From the NCBI GenBank assembly GCA_010405405.1, contig MU004233.1, positions 2,210,539-2,274,538 of the forward strand: a stretch of DNA of 64,000 nucleotides. The letters run 5' to 3'. Below the pieces are notes generated by a model. The model was not told where the DNA came from. It ran no database searches and saw only the letters and a program-made list of their open reading frames with translations. Shown here piece after piece: positions 39,438-58,119 of the stretch. The DNA is from Microthyrium microscopicum (lineage: Eukaryota). How positions within the stretch are numbered: position 1 is the first letter of the stretch; each line of letters begins with the position of its first letter. The position numbers and the translations under genes are program-made.

Positions 39438-40454
39438 GTCACCATGATCGTTCAACTCTGTTGACAAACAATCCAAGGTTTTGCCAAACAAATCGCAAGA
39501 GAAGGATTGGGTAGCAAGAACGGGAAGAACAAATTGAAAAGAGACAGCTAGAAGGAGATGGAAATACCGCAAAATCAGGTACTTAGGTGGGAGAAATTGC
39601 CCAATGCAACCTCGAAACACCACGTCGATATCTGTTTCCATCATCTGAGAGTAGTAAATATACAACAGTCAACTGACCAAGTATAGAGTCCCGGAAACTA
39701 AGCAGGCATCGCATACCAGTCAAGTCCACCTACCAGTGTTATATGTACCTAGAAATCCATAGTCCACCTCTATTACGCCGCAACCTCCCATTCCGTAGCC
39801 AGGTTGACAACGGTGGTCAAGGACCTGTAGTTGAGGTGCTTTCAACTGTCACTACATTAACCCGCAGTCACTGCTAGCCCAGTTTGTAATTATGGATGCT
39901 ATATATATCTTTGGTTTCTGCTTCTTCCACCATGTCCGAGACTTCTTTCCCACAACAATACCTGCAATACCCGCTTCCTTACCATCACTTTATTCAATCA
40001 ATAATCAGAGCGCAACCCTTGAGAAAAGAATTTGATCGACATGACATCGGGTATGGCCTTTCTAATATTCAGAAGCTATCATTACTGATGGACCCTCAGA
40101 AAACGAACTCGCAAGTCTGGCAAGTCTGACTTTGCAGCCAGACCAAGACGCATCGCAAAAGATCGCAAGCTCTTCAGAGGAAGAGGTAGACAAATCATCA
40201 CTTGATCAAGGTAAGAAGCTCCATTTCATACCCAATTCTGGATAAAACTTGCCATATCGAAAAAGGTGATGGCTGTCTGAGCAGACTATGCTCCTTATAA
40301 AAAGCATTGTCAAGCGAGTGCAATGATTTCCACTGGGTGCTATCGCTTTTATAAGCTGTTCTATGGTTTCCTCCGAAACAATCCGAATTGTTTTTGCGTA
40401 GTGTTTTGGCTCTTCATTGTCTTATACTAACGACTTTCAGGCTTTCCAGGGGAT

Positions 40455-41777
40455 ATGGACTCATCGGAATATGAAGAGCCTCATCTAATAGAAAATCCCG
40501 AGGAACAAAAGTCGGCTCCTAACGAGAGTGAACGCCAGCTGAAATTCGAACTGCACTTCTCCCAACTAATCCGAAGTCTGTCGCGACAAGAAGGATGTCT
40601 CTGGCTTAAGCTTATGGACTGGTACGACCACATGATTCTTACTGACCAGGAACTGGAAATCCTGCCAACACTCTGGAAAAAGCTAGGAGCGAAGAGTAGG
40701 AATCCCGAGTTTGCTCGACGACTTCATACTTCCGGACAACCTATGTTTCCGCGTGACCAGATCATATCTGCTGTACGTCAATTGCAAGCGAACGAATCCG
40801 TGGTTACTATCCAGCAATGGGATGGTAGACTTCGAAAATACAACATGAAGAACTACTCGAAAGACAAAGAGGTGCCTATTCTGCATCTGAAGTCCTTTCA
40901 ATCAATTCAGACAGATGCGCTTCAATTGGACGTTCGGTCGGACCCATTGATGGTTTGTTACGACACCTATGAGCGAATTACACGAACTCAAACTAGAGAA
41001 GTGGAACTCTCGGTAACAGAAATCATCAAGATCTACAATGATTGTTCTGAAACCTGGCGACGATCAAGCATGGCAGATGAGCTCAAAGCCAATCTGAAAG
41101 GTTGCGTGGTTGACAAATGCATCGGTTTCGCATTTGGCGGGTTCAACATCCCAGGAAAAACTGCTCGAGGAGTGACAAATGAACGTAGCTACACTCAGCT
41201 CGCGGCGCTTGTCTTCATGGCCGAAGTTCTCAGCGGATTCCAGGGAGGAAAAGATATCCCTATCTATGCCCAAGAACCAGCATGGAATACAATCGAGAAG
41301 GAATTTCTGAAGTCTCTCGGCATCACTGTGCTGGAACATCCTATGGGTCTACTGGAGATCGATTCCTTCTCGGCAGTAACCAGCATGTACTGCCAGATCC
41401 CATTAAGGCAATTCATGGCCGATGATTCGCGTTACTGGCCCGCCGTATTTGTCACCGACCGAGTTGAGACAGCTGACGAAGAGGACAAACGCGCCCTAGA
41501 AGCATTAGAGGACGAGGAGTAAGTTTTTTCGTCCTGTTTCAAAATCATCTTACTGATAATTCTTTCTTGTAGTAAGATTGCCTACTGGGGTGATCCGGAT
41601 GGCGACCGAGTTCGAGCCATGGTTGAGTCTGGGTACGACAAGACTCTTCTTCCTCAGGCTCCTGGATACAGCATCGACTGGGAACACAATCCAGATGTGG
41701 ACCCAGTGCTCAAGGGAACATATATGCACGTTCGGAAAGCGGAGCAAGCTTCTTTGCTCAGAGCAAATGGCGCATAA
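40455..41777 (+). CDS. SRR1-domain-like protein (paralog 1); probably has an additional upstream exon ending ~40210
   Basis: KCIGFAFGGF...SYTQLAAL...IYAQEPAW..IEKEFLKSLGITVL..PMGLLEID. Intron 41519-41571 leads to last exon DKIAYWGDPD...GA*. Confidence 0.7.
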
Positions 41778-42967
41778 TGGAAAGCTGTCTTACTCATTAA
41801 TCGTGCGGAACAGGTTAGGTAGTGATAAATGTTGCTAGCATAGTCCCATTATTCGATCTGAAAGTGTAATCTCGCCCTGCGTTTATCACGACCTATTGCG
41901 GTTTGCAGATACGATCTGTCGGTTTAAAACTTAGCGACCTTGTGAAAACATTTCGTAAAGCTCTCAAATGTTCACTCCTTCTGACTCTGCGTTCGTGAAC
42001 AAAGCAGCAGGATCAATGATTCCGCGGTAAAAACTACGCGCGTATCTAGATCATTAGACGATAATAAACTACTCGAGGGTCCCATCTTAGTTGAGCAATT
42101 CAATCGGTGAGTTTGAGACCTTTGAATCAGCAGCAATTGCCATCGCACTCTTTAGCTCGATGTAGCACCATGGCTTCGAGCACAGCATATAGCTCCCATA
42201 CAATCCGATAGGCATTCAGGGCATATCTCGAGTTTCCAGCCCAGCATGGTTTTGCTACCGCGCTGTACAGCTTCCATGTCCCTTAGTAGTTCCAACAGCC
42301 TCTGGTTGAGCTTTGAGCCCAAATGCCGAAATGTTTTTCGGCCAATGTAAGCTTTGATTACACCCGTATGCCTAGCACATCCCATGTGCACTGAACCGGC
42401 TTCTAGGGGACCATTGCATCTGCAAACGTACGTAAAATTGCAGTTGACAGATTTTTTGGAACCTATCTTTCGACCGCCAACAGAAAGAGCATGAATTCAC
42501 TGTGGCGTTTACCATATTTCTGTTTGCGCGAACTCATAGTCTGTTACATCCTGAAGTGATGATTGGCATTGATCTGAATCTGTTGGTAATGTACCAGGTA
42601 ATCAAGCTCAGCAAGGGGCATGTCATGAACTCATGGTGCTTATACAGGTATTTGCGAAATTGTTTTCCTTTGATCGGCACAGGTGATTGGAGTTTCAATT
42701 GTTGGTTCGCGGTCACTGACGCTCGTGTTGTTGCAATCGTGTCAGTCAACGAAAAGACCACGAATTGATATTGGCGGTCACCACATTCCTGTTTACCTCA
42801 ACTTCTGTTTGAATCTTATTCTGCATTGGAGGCTCTTGCCGTTGGTATGATGTGTATATAACTCTTTGGAATCTTTGGTCCTCTGTTCCATTCTTATCAC
42901 CACAACACTTCTCATATCTTTACCATCAACCTCTCTAGGTACAACAATCTACAGCAACAAACAAAAC

Positions 42968-44076
42968 ATGGCATCTGGTATGTTGGACCAAGTCGAGAAG
43001 AGCCTTACTGACCCCGTGTTCAAGGTATGTCACCTCAGCAGCTTCAATCTATGTCACCTCAGCAGCTATATGAGTCAGGAATCCCAATGTACCCAAGGAG
43101 CTCAATCAACGAGATGATAGACGAAATCAACCATATCGACAAGAAGAAGCCTACCATCGAGGTCAAACAATGGGACGGAAGAACGACCACTTATCCCAAC
43201 AACCCGGGCAAGAATAAGCGTACGCATATCGAATTTGTTCGCATACAGGAAGTTCTTGGCAACCCCGGACAAGTATGGCCCTTAAGACTGGAATACGATA
43301 ATGATGAAAACAACAAGACCGTAAACTACGAGAAAGCCAAGAAGCAATTCTACAGACTGCGTGATATGTGGGAGCGCTCTGATGTAGCCAAGACCATCAA
43401 AAGCAATCTCTTACGTTACGATGGCTGTAAGCTCACTGGGGTAATCGGCCTCGCATTGGGATCTTTTGCCAAACTGGGATCGCCCTTGTCCAATAGGAGT
43501 TTGACTCAACTGGCCGCTCTTCTCTACATTGCCAAGATTCTCAATGAGAACCAAGGAAGACATGATATTCCAGTCTACGTTCAAGAACCGTGCTTCTCCA
43601 GCGACGAGAGACTCTTCATACACCAAATTGGTAAACAAGTCATGAGTGACTTGAATGGAACCGACTTATTCCTACCACCACCACCTGGTCATTTGGACTT
43701 GCCGGCTGCGGTTGTCAATCATCCGGATGGCCTAATGATGATCGACGCGGCTACAGTGGTGCTTAGCATCTCACCTGATATCGCAATTAAGAGCTTTGTC
43801 GCCGATGACATTGGGTACTTACCTGCGGTGTTCATCACTGACCGCCCGCCATCAGCCGAACAAATGGCACGAATGTAGGTAAAATTCGAGGCTCAATAGT
43901 GCATAACACTGATACTTGATTATAGTCCTCCAGATATGTTGGAACACGTGCTGAATAACCAAACTGACCCGGAAACCAAACGGTGGCGAGACGTAGTTGC
44001 AACGAGATGCACAAAAATTCCTCTTCCGGAATATGAGGACGGATTTACAGGAGTTGACATGATCATTCGAAACTGA
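42968..44076 (+). CDS. SRR1-domain-like protein (paralog 2); start at 42968 (via a short intron) or 43027
   Basis: VIGLALGSF...SLTQLAAL...VYVQEPCF...GLMMID...PAVFITDR. Intron 43875-43925 leads to a last exon ending IIRN*. Confidence 0.7.
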
Positions 44077-44727
44077 TTCCAGTCAACATATGATTGGACC
44101 ATAGGGATGGTATCTTGTGTGCTCTACGAGAGGGAAGTAATTGGTCAACTATGATATTTAGAAACAGGATATGGCAGCATGATGTATGTGATTGGAATTT
44201 GGTGCTGTATTGCTTGAAATTGTATTTGGTGGTGGGTGTATGAAAAACCTCGTGGTTTTTCGGTGCTTAGTTTGGAATTCATAGCTGGTGGAAGAAAATT
44301 TGTAGAAAAATCAACTTCAATTGATACCAAATGGCGCCTTGAGTGTCCAGAGACGTACGTAATTGACCTACAGGATTTACTACTACTACATGAGGTCAAT
44401 CTTGGTAAATCCAACGTGCTGGGTTTCAACAGACTGATAAGGAAACTAGAGCTGTTCCATCGACCTCGATGTCGGCTCATCAAATTCTGTAAGGTTTTAT
44501 TCGTCGGACTGTCAAGCATGCTCTGTTTAAGCAACCATAGGGGTAGTCAACAATGAGGGAGTGCAGTAGTACCATAAGGCTGACCACAAGGCTGACCAAT
44601 CAAACGCCAGAAACGCCGAACCAAAAACTCGCCTCAACTCCATCATCGACTTCAACAAAACATTTCCACCCCATCATACAGACACTTACCTCCCTAATCG
44701 TCTTTAATAAGAACATTTACCATCACA

Positions 44728-45531
44728 ATGCTCCGCCCATCAACATTCCAGCGGCTACCACACTCCATCCGCACCCTTACCACCCTCTCCACAAACCCAT
44801 CAATCTACGCCCATCCATCACCCTCCTCCATCCCACAACAGCACATCCTCTCCCTCCTCCCCACCAGTCCACCAACACCCAATCTCGCACTCGGCACAAC
44901 CACAGCCCTCCCACCAACAACGACTTCCTTCACGCCCAACCGCTCCTTCTCGCCCATTCTCCACTCCGTGCTTAAACAATACGCAACACAAGATCCAGCC
45001 GTCCAAATGGCCGCCAACGCATACGCGTCCGAGGCAGGATTCACAGCGAGCGCGAAGCAACGTGGGCGCGAGAGTCAGGGAGGTAGTGGAGGGGCGAAGA
45101 GGGGCGGGAGTGTAGGACGGGGCGGATGGGTGCATGTTAGTGATTCGAGAAGACCGCCGGAGTACGTTCAAGTCCGCCGCAACTGTTTTCTGACTCGCAT
45201 ACTAATATGCCAAATAGCTGGGGAAGGATCTCTGACCCGGAGGATATTTTTGGGTAAGGAGTAAGGAACCTTGGGGGGTGGCTTTAGCTAATAGGGGACA
45301 GATCTGTAGAGGTCGATGCGGAGGGGAAGTTTGTGGGAGAGAATGGTAATTATCAAGACAGCGGCACGTATCGAATGATTACGAGGGATGGAATGTAAGT
45401 TCACCATAGGACTCAACATGCACATGGTGAAACAAGCTAATGACGGAACGATTAGATTGGGATTGAGTCCATTTCTCATGGGGAAGCTCGTGGAGAGATT
45501 AAAAGTCCTAGAGAAGGAAGCACAAGCATAA
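44728..45531 (+). CDS. Conserved fungal hypothetical protein, probably mitochondrial
   Basis: Presequence-like N-terminus. Spliced C-terminus HVSDSRRPP..WGRISDPEDIFGSVEVD...YQDSGTYRMITRDGILGLSPFL; three short introns. Confidence 0.75.
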
Positions 45532-45675
45532 CATCTGGAGGAATACGCTTATGAAGAAGAAACGCTAATCTGATGAGGATGGATTTTGGATTGCCTGTGG
45601 AGGCATACGCTTATTACACGTCTATTCATACACACCACTTTTGGGTTGATCCGAACTTGCTTGGGACGGCAACTT

Positions 45676-50567
<4,892 letters not shown>

Positions 50568-50888
50568 TCACATTCTTGGGGTGGAAAGTGGAGAGCAAAT
50601 TGTTCCCCAGAAGAAAATCCCAGCCTCGTGCCTTCCCCAAGCTTGTGCACGGTCCACATTGCAGGCCAATTGATGCAAGGGGCTATTTTCGTGAGATTCA
50701 TTTGTTATGGTCATGATGCTGCAATCAATTCCTGCGAGTAATTGGAGATACACAGTACTAGTTAGGAGTCAGCGAGCGGGAAGTAAAGTCACATAATCAG
50801 CCACGAGTACTACTAGTAGCGACAGTACATTACAGCTAAAATACAATGCATCGCAAGTATATTCAACACAAGCTACAAAGACATCTCA

Positions 50889-51751
50889 TCATGCCGCTGC
50901 AGTATGATGACCATCAACAACTGGTCCATCGACTGTATCAAGATGCTTTCCCTCTGCTGGTACCGAGACACCCTTCTCGTGCTGGTGCTTAAACCTGATC
51001 TCATCATACGCCGCCAACCCAACCCAAATCAGCAACAAAACACCAACAATAACAAAGTTGCGAATGATGGACCCAGTAGGAATCACATTATCCTCCATCG
51101 CCAACTGGAATCCCAGTCCATTGTTGATGATACCAAGCAGAATCGACAACCGTCCAACCCAGCGATGCACATAAGCAAACACACTCTTTCCACCAGTTCG
51201 CTTAAAATGACGATGCTGCAGAATGCCCATCGCCGGCTGTACCAATACGATTACAGCCACTACAACCAGCCCAATGATAACGTGTGCAGGCACTGACCCA
51301 GATAGGCGATCCGTATCCTGCGCCAACCGAATGCCCAAAGCCATTGCGCCCACCATCATGACTGTCGCGAGCACTTGGATAGGTACATGTATGGATGGTA
51401 TTTTATTGCGCAGATACGTATTACGTAGGAAGGAGATCTTGTCGATTGGCAGGTGTACTGCGATCGCGCCGAGTGGGTAGAGGATAATGAAGACGATGCT
51501 CATGATACACGCGTGGCCGTTGCGAAGGCGGTTGTAAACCTTGTAGGAGTCGGTGCCATAACCTTCATCGGCACGTTTGCGGAGGGCGTAGGTGCTTGGT
51601 TGGAGAGGTTGGCCTTGGACTGCTGCGATGATGTTGTCGGGACCTGGGAAGTGGTTAGTTTCATGGGCTATCTCATTGGAGGATTGGGATATGTACCAAG
51701 GAGTAGTGCTAGGAGAAGTACTGGCAACGCGATGGTGGAGTAGCGTATCAT
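50889..51751 (-). CDS. Cytochrome b561-like integral membrane protein
   Basis: Signal-like exon MIRYSTIALPVLLLALLL, intron, then about five TM segments with spaced His (HACIM, HVPIQ, HVIIG, HRWVGR). Confidence 0.75.
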
Positions 51752-52776
51752 TTTGGTGTTGTAAATGTATATTTGGCTTGAAGACTTAGATCAAGATGGA
51801 GAATTAAATGCAAAAGTTTTTAAAATGCGATAATGACAAAGAGTAGAAAGGAATGGCATTTCTCTATTTTCTGAGGCTCTACTCCTATTATGACAGTTTC
51901 ATGGACGCGGCAAGTCCCGTCGCTGTCAGAGCGATTCAGCGTCAGCAACACACGGCAAACTGCAAAGCCATGGAATGGTTGTGAAACCAGACCAAAAGAA
52001 TGCAGCTTGGCGCTATTTTGGGCGTTTACAACTGCCAGCCACGATTTCAAAGAGATCGGCATCTGATTTAGGCCAATGAGCGTCTTTTCGTTGGTCATTT
52101 TATAGGCTAGATGCTGGACGGGTAGGTTGCAGGCCGAGAGAGATCTGGTGATATTCCCTGATATTCCCAACTCCCAACTCTCGCTTGTACGAACTACGAA
52201 ATACGAAAGTACTTGTGAGCCTGCTGCAGCTTGCAACGCTAGATACTAAAGTAGAAGTAGACTTTCCTTACTTCTTTGACGAGATGGAAAGTTCCGTATC
52301 AGGGACTCGGTCTTGCGTATAACCTTTCTACGAAGTACCTTCTTGCAACGAGTCCACGACTGACTCCTGGCTTGTTATGAGACAAGGAGAAATGTATGAC
52401 GAGTTCAGCTGTTAAGCTCTTGGAGGATACAATCGAAGGGTTTCACCATAACATCTCCCAAAAAAAGAAAGCGCGCCATAGATAGAAGAGAACATGTTTG
52501 AAGGTGTAAGTACTGTTCCATGGTATGTGTCTGAAAGCTAATACTTCAGAGCGAGGTAAACTGTACAGTCTTCTTAACATATCTCCCGGGAGAATAGAAA
52601 CATGTTTCATACAATGTGTTCAAAAGCTGCTCACAGCGTAAATTGTTCATAAACATACTAATATAAACAAGAAGTAGTTTTGGTATCATCGCCATGACAT
52701 AACTTACCCATTTTCCAAAGAGTATTCCCATCAACGCCAATCCAACTCATATCATCCAATGTTATTTTCAGCCTCA

Positions 52777-53667
52777 TCATACAGTCCTCATCGACGACAT
52801 AGAAGCCCACCTCTTCAACGACTTGATCGACCAACTCGAATGCCTCTTCATCTCCCCCGGACTCGCCATCTTCTTCGCCCTCGGCAACATATTCTCACTC
52901 GCCATGCCCACCAACCCCGGCCTTGAAGCCCCATCCGAACTCTCCTCTTCCTCCGCCAGCACATCCAGCGTGCGCTCCAAACTCGGCGAAGGCATAAACT
53001 CCGTATCCATCTGGTTGATTGTCGCAACGACCAAACACATCCCATTCGTCTTCTGATTACACGGCACACACTTGAGACCTTTGAGATCGACACTGACGCT
53101 GCCGCGCGATCGCTTTATTCGTGAGACGGGAACACTGGATACGAGACCGCAGGACGCACAGCTCCAGAAGTAGTTTAGACGGCTCGCATCTTGCAGAATT
53201 GGCGCTTTGCGGTTTGCGTCGAAGGATATTACGCTGTCTGTGTCGATGGTGCATTTCCGGCAGAAGGAATGCGTGCAGCGGTCACATACTGCGTGGCATT
53301 TGTCTGCTACTGGTTCGTCGTCTTCGTGCGCTAGGACTGGTTGCGAATGGGGACAGCGGCAGCAGTTTATTAGACTTGTGCGGAGGGGTGTGAGTGGGTC
53401 GTTTGGATCAAAGTCGCTGATGTCGCGGGCGCTGGGGCCGTGGGATTGTGGTGAGAGGGGGGATGTTGGTGATGTGTTGTCGAGGGAGTTGTCGTCTGAG
53501 AAGGGGTCGGTGTGGATGTCGGTGTAGAGATCAGGTTGGATATCGGAGGGGTGGTTGGAGATGATGAGTTTGGTGTCTATGTCGTCGACTAAGCTGTCGT
53601 AGCGGGAGTGTTGTTTTATGGGTGTGTAGGTGCCCTTTGTGGTATCGGCGAAGGTTATGCCTGGCAT
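52777..53667 (-). CDS. Hypothetical protein with two Cys-rich zinc-ribbon-like modules
   Basis: CCRCPH...CDRCTHSFCRKC and WSCASCG...CVPCNQ..C; ATG at 53667. Confidence 0.7.
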   Translation of the reverse strand: MPGITFADTTKGTYTPIKQHSRYDSLVDDIDTKLIISNHPSDIQPDLYTDIHTDPFSDDNSLDNTSPTSPLSPQSHGPSARDISDFDPNDPLTPLRTSLINCCRCPHSQPVLAHEDDEPVADKCHAVCDRCTHSFCRKCTIDTDSVISFDANRKAPILQDASRLNYFWSCASCGLVSSVPVSRIKRSRGSVSVDLKGLKCVPCNQKTNGMCLVVATINQMDTEFMPSPSLERTLDVLAEEEESSDGASRPGLVGMASENMLPRAKKMASPGEMKRHSSWSIKSLKRWASMSSMRTV

Positions 53668-54950
53668 GTTGGACTGATTGATATGTATGATGGCTACACA
53701 GGTATGTGGTGGTGATATGCCTTTGGTATGTACTGGTGAGGTTCCCTTTACACGTTCTTCAAGAGCGGCCAGTTGAGCTACTTTATGTAACAAAGTCAGC
53801 AACCGAGTATGTAAAGGAACCGAAACGGTAGAGGAACCGCCTTGGGCTCAAACCCCTGGGTCCAAGACCACTATCAGAAGACAAGAATCAGGGCTATTTC
53901 TCCGAGATAGCAGAGTTTATAACTGTCCTGCCTATTTTATGATTCATATTTCCTGTCTTGGATACTTCAAACCTGGTAAATTTGCGGCGAAGTAAAGAAA
54001 TTTAGACAGCAATGTCGAGCTTTGGTGCTAGTTCTGCCATATCTATTCTTGCATCCTACTCTACAGGGGAGTCCGATGTGTCTATCACTTTTTGCGTATA
54101 TCTACCGTTTGGGACTGATAGGGCTTCTAGGCTCGACTGGTTCGCTATGTACGCTAGAGTAGCGGGATGGGGTTTGCTCAGCCTCAGCTGTCAGATTTGT
54201 ACCCTTGCTGGCTTGTCGATCGAGAGTAGCTTTGACAGGTTTGGCATTTTATCTTTACGGAAGTCAATGGTCCAAGTTTTGTATCGTGTTTCAATCTTTA
54301 TACATGCTTAGCAGTGACAATATTGAGGGAGGCACTGGCTTTGAATCGCATATTAAAGTATTGCCGAGGAACAATCCTTCAGTGACTGGGGTTGATATAT
54401 TCAGTGTGGATCAGGAATCCTTCGGTGAAGGTTGCCAACCTGCCATCTTTTGCACAGCTGACTCACGGAGAGAGCGTTCTACGCAGACTAATTGTTCCCA
54501 TCTTCACTAATAGTGGGGGAAAATGCTAGTCGAAAGCTTGCATATGAGAAAGAATCTCGAAGAGTCGAAGACTAAGATGTGCATGAGCATGGTTAGTACC
54601 AAATTTAGACTTACCCCGGATACAAAAGTCCCGGTACAAAAATCGAAAAGCTTGTATGGCAAGGTCTCGTCATTGATATAAGTCGCAGCTCGTGAGTCCC
54701 TATCTCTCAATATTTGACTGAGCCTCAACGTGGACTCTGCTTTAATCAATACGAGAATTCTTTGCGGCTCGGCTCAATGGTACAGTGCTTAAACGTTTGG
54801 ATGTTGGTTTAAGCTTACAAGGCTTTGAACTGGCACATGCGGGTCGTTTCGGCAAATTCCAGTCCAACGTAAGCAATGCATTGCTAGTGGTAAATCGTGG
54901 GGTATATTGAATAGAGTTTTTACAGTGGCTATGTTGTATAGTTTCCATTG

Positions 54951-57900
54951 GGCGATTGTTAAGTGGCCTCAGCTAATTCTGAGGTGGCCCCAGAAGGATC
55001 TTAGGTGGCCTCAGCCGCCGTTATCCAAACGATTATCCACTAATCCTGTATCGATCTAACCTTAAGTAGCCTTAGTCTAACCTAATATAGTAATATCTTA
55101 AAAAATAAAAATAGATTACTATTAAGCCTTACTTCTAACTTCATATCTAACTTTATATTCTTAATTACTACTACTACTACTATAATTACTACTTCTTTAT
55201 AATATAATTACTTAACTATAAACTAACTAAAATAGATTAATTTAACGTTCCTTGTATTCTTAATCTTCCCTTTATTAGCGTTATTTATCTTACTTAGTAG
55301 GAAGGCCTTAACGCTATTTATGCCTATAATGAAATTTATAAATATTATATTAAATAAAAGCGTAGTTCCTTTTTTAAATTAAACCCTAATAACGTATATA
55401 TTTAGTATATTAAAGCTAGTAAACCCTCTTATTATAGAGATACCTTTTATAATATTAAAAGCGTAAGGAATTATTGCTTTTATAACTATTAAATTATATA
55501 AAGTAAGAATAAAGCTCTTTTAGAATAAATTATTAATTATTAAGGTACTTATTATGACTATCTTATAGTATAAATAAATACTACTTACGCTACTATTTAA
55601 TTATAGGCTTAGGAAGCTTTAGAAATCTATAATAAAGTTACTATTTTATCTTTAAATAAGAGGACGTTACTAAGTAAGATAATAGTAACCTTTTAGCATA
55701 AATATCCTAACCTTATAATTACTATTTAGGACATCTATAATATAAGAAGCCTTAATAAGATAATTTAACTCGCTAAATATACCCTAATTAATATTATAGT
55801 AGCTAAATTACGTACGTACTTTAAATTTATATATAAAATCTAAGTATGCTAAAATAAGCTTATAAGCTTATTATTAGTATCTAAATAGTCTATTAAGCTT
55901 TATTAAACTTATTCTAATATCTTACTCTTTAATTTAATATACTAAACTAATAAATATAAGATGCTAATATTCTATATTAGTATAGTAATAATAATAAATA
56001 AATACTTTAGTATAGCGTTTATATATATAATAAGTAAAGATAAAGTATAATATTAGTAGGCGCTAGAAGCATTTAATAAGAAGGTTTAACTAAGAATTCT
56101 TCTCTTAAATATTATCTTTATAAACTATTACCTAGCGCTAAAGAACGCCCTTATGACGTTAATTCCTAATCCTTAATTAATATACTAATACTACTATAAA
56201 GAGGTTATTTGTCTTTATATTAAGATATATTAGAATCGTCTTTAATATCTTAAGGATCCTATAGGAAGAGCTATTGCTACGTAGACTTAGGAATTAGCCT
56301 ATAAGCTATAGTTAAAAGTAGCTAAAATTCCTCTATTATTAGAGTTAATTTACTAATAAATTTATAGGTTCTTTACGCTTTAATAGAGCTTAAACTAAAC
56401 GCTACGTAGAAATATCTTAATACTATATTAAAAGTAGATAGTAAAGGTCTTTATTTTATATTATATCTTAGGAAGACCTAGATACTATAGAAATATTAAC
56501 TTTATAACGCCTATATCTTTAGAGTCTGCTATTTAGGTATAAAAATAACCTCTTTACTAGAAGGATTATATAATGCTATTAAAGAATAAATTTAAAAGAA
56601 TAGTAATTTTCTCTCTGTCTTAAATACTCTAAAGGACGCTATTAAGGCTTAATATAAATGACTAAAAGATACTATAGGCTATAAGGCTAAATACGCGTTA
56701 TATAATCTACTACTATAGCATCTTTCTATTATATTAAGAATATTTTACTACTTTATTAGTAACTATGCTCTAGATTTAATAAAGAAGTAATATCTTAAGT
56801 ATAAAAATAAGGAATTTAGATGAGTTAAACGTATAGAGTACTCTTTAATCTTTACTACTACTATAGAGTTACTATATAGTTATACTATTAGGCTAAAGCT
56901 TACTAAAGACTTCTATTAGGTTCTTAATAAGGCTAATATTAATTCTTATTAGTTTTATAATTAATTTAAGTCTAGTAGAAGGTTAAATTGTCTTTTATAA
57001 TATCCTATTAGTTAAGATTTATTACCTAAAGCTACGTTAGGAATTTAGCCTTTAGATATTATTTATAGTAGTAGACGTCTTTAAGTATCTTAGCTTAGCG
57101 CTTAGCCTAATTAACGCCTATAGGCTTTAATAGGTTAAATACTATCTTATACTAAGCTTTAGCCTATTCTATTGCTAGCAATAGTTAATATAGTAGCTAT
57201 AGTGGCTATAGCGTCTTAAGAATTTATTAATATTAAAGATTTAGATACTAAACTTATATAGACTTACGTTATAAAACGCTAGCTACTACTAGAAGCTATA
57301 GAAGTAATAGATCTTATAGTAGAATTAGGCCCTTCTTTATAACTTTAGCTAGATTTAAGCCTATAACCTTCTTTAGCTAAACGCTAATACTAAAATACTA
57401 CTCTTCTTATTTAACCTTTACCTAAATAAGTATTAAGTAAACGCGTTGTAGCTCTATTAAAGAAGGTGCTTTAGATTAAAGTAGACTATTAGGCTACGCA
57501 AATTAAAGAGTTAGAACGCTATTAAGCTAAATAAGAGCGCTATTAGGCTAATCTTAAAGAACGTCTTACTAGAGCTAAAGCTATAGCTATAGAGGCCTAA
57601 ATTATTACTTTAATAACTATTATTACTATTAAGATAATAATGTATAAAGGGGTTACTATCGCTACTACTACTTACGCGTTAGTTTAACTAACTAGAGACT
57701 TAAATAAGAGAGGAAAAAGGCCTATTTAGTAGTATTTAGGTAGATGTACTTAAAGATAGTTTAATACTAAGAATTCGCGTAAAGATTATATATAAATTAG
57801 CTATAAAATACGTATATTATCTTTAGTAGTAGCTAGTAGCTTTAGATCTCTCTAAGGGCCTAATTTGGGTATAAAATAAATATTTTTAGAGTTAATATTC

Positions 57901-58093
57901 TACGCGCGCCCTTTAGGCGTTAATACAATATAATAACCTAATTTTTGAGTAATATTTAACTACCACTAGGGCCACCTTAGATCCATAGTTAATTTCCTAT
58001 TTGGGTTTAGATCCATTGGATAACGGCGGCTGAGGCCACCTAAGATCCTTCTAGGGCCACCTCAGAATTAGCTGAGGCCACTTAACAATCGCC
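54951..58093 (+). mobile_element. Mutator-like DNA transposon (MULE), 3143 bp, RIP-inactivated
   Basis: 78-bp TIRs (54951-55028 / 58016-58093, one C>T mismatch); 9-bp TSD TTTCCATTG (54942-54950, 58094-58102). Transposase relics: D.TY.TNKYKMP (~55931), EGLHNAIK (~56558), SWIM-like LPCSH (~56869). Confidence 0.93.
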
Positions 58094-58119
58094 TTTCCAT
58101 TGTAGCTTCAATGGACCGG

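Noticed and set aside
17400..44100. Starship-type giant element carrying the accessory genes
   Set aside because: No DUF3435 tyrosine-recombinase captain or boundary repeats recognised; the large insertion is fully explained by LTRs and TSDs.
58068..58119. ORF-track extension of MRPL25 into the MULE TIR
   Set aside because: Artefact of reading through an intron; the spliced gene stops at 58120.
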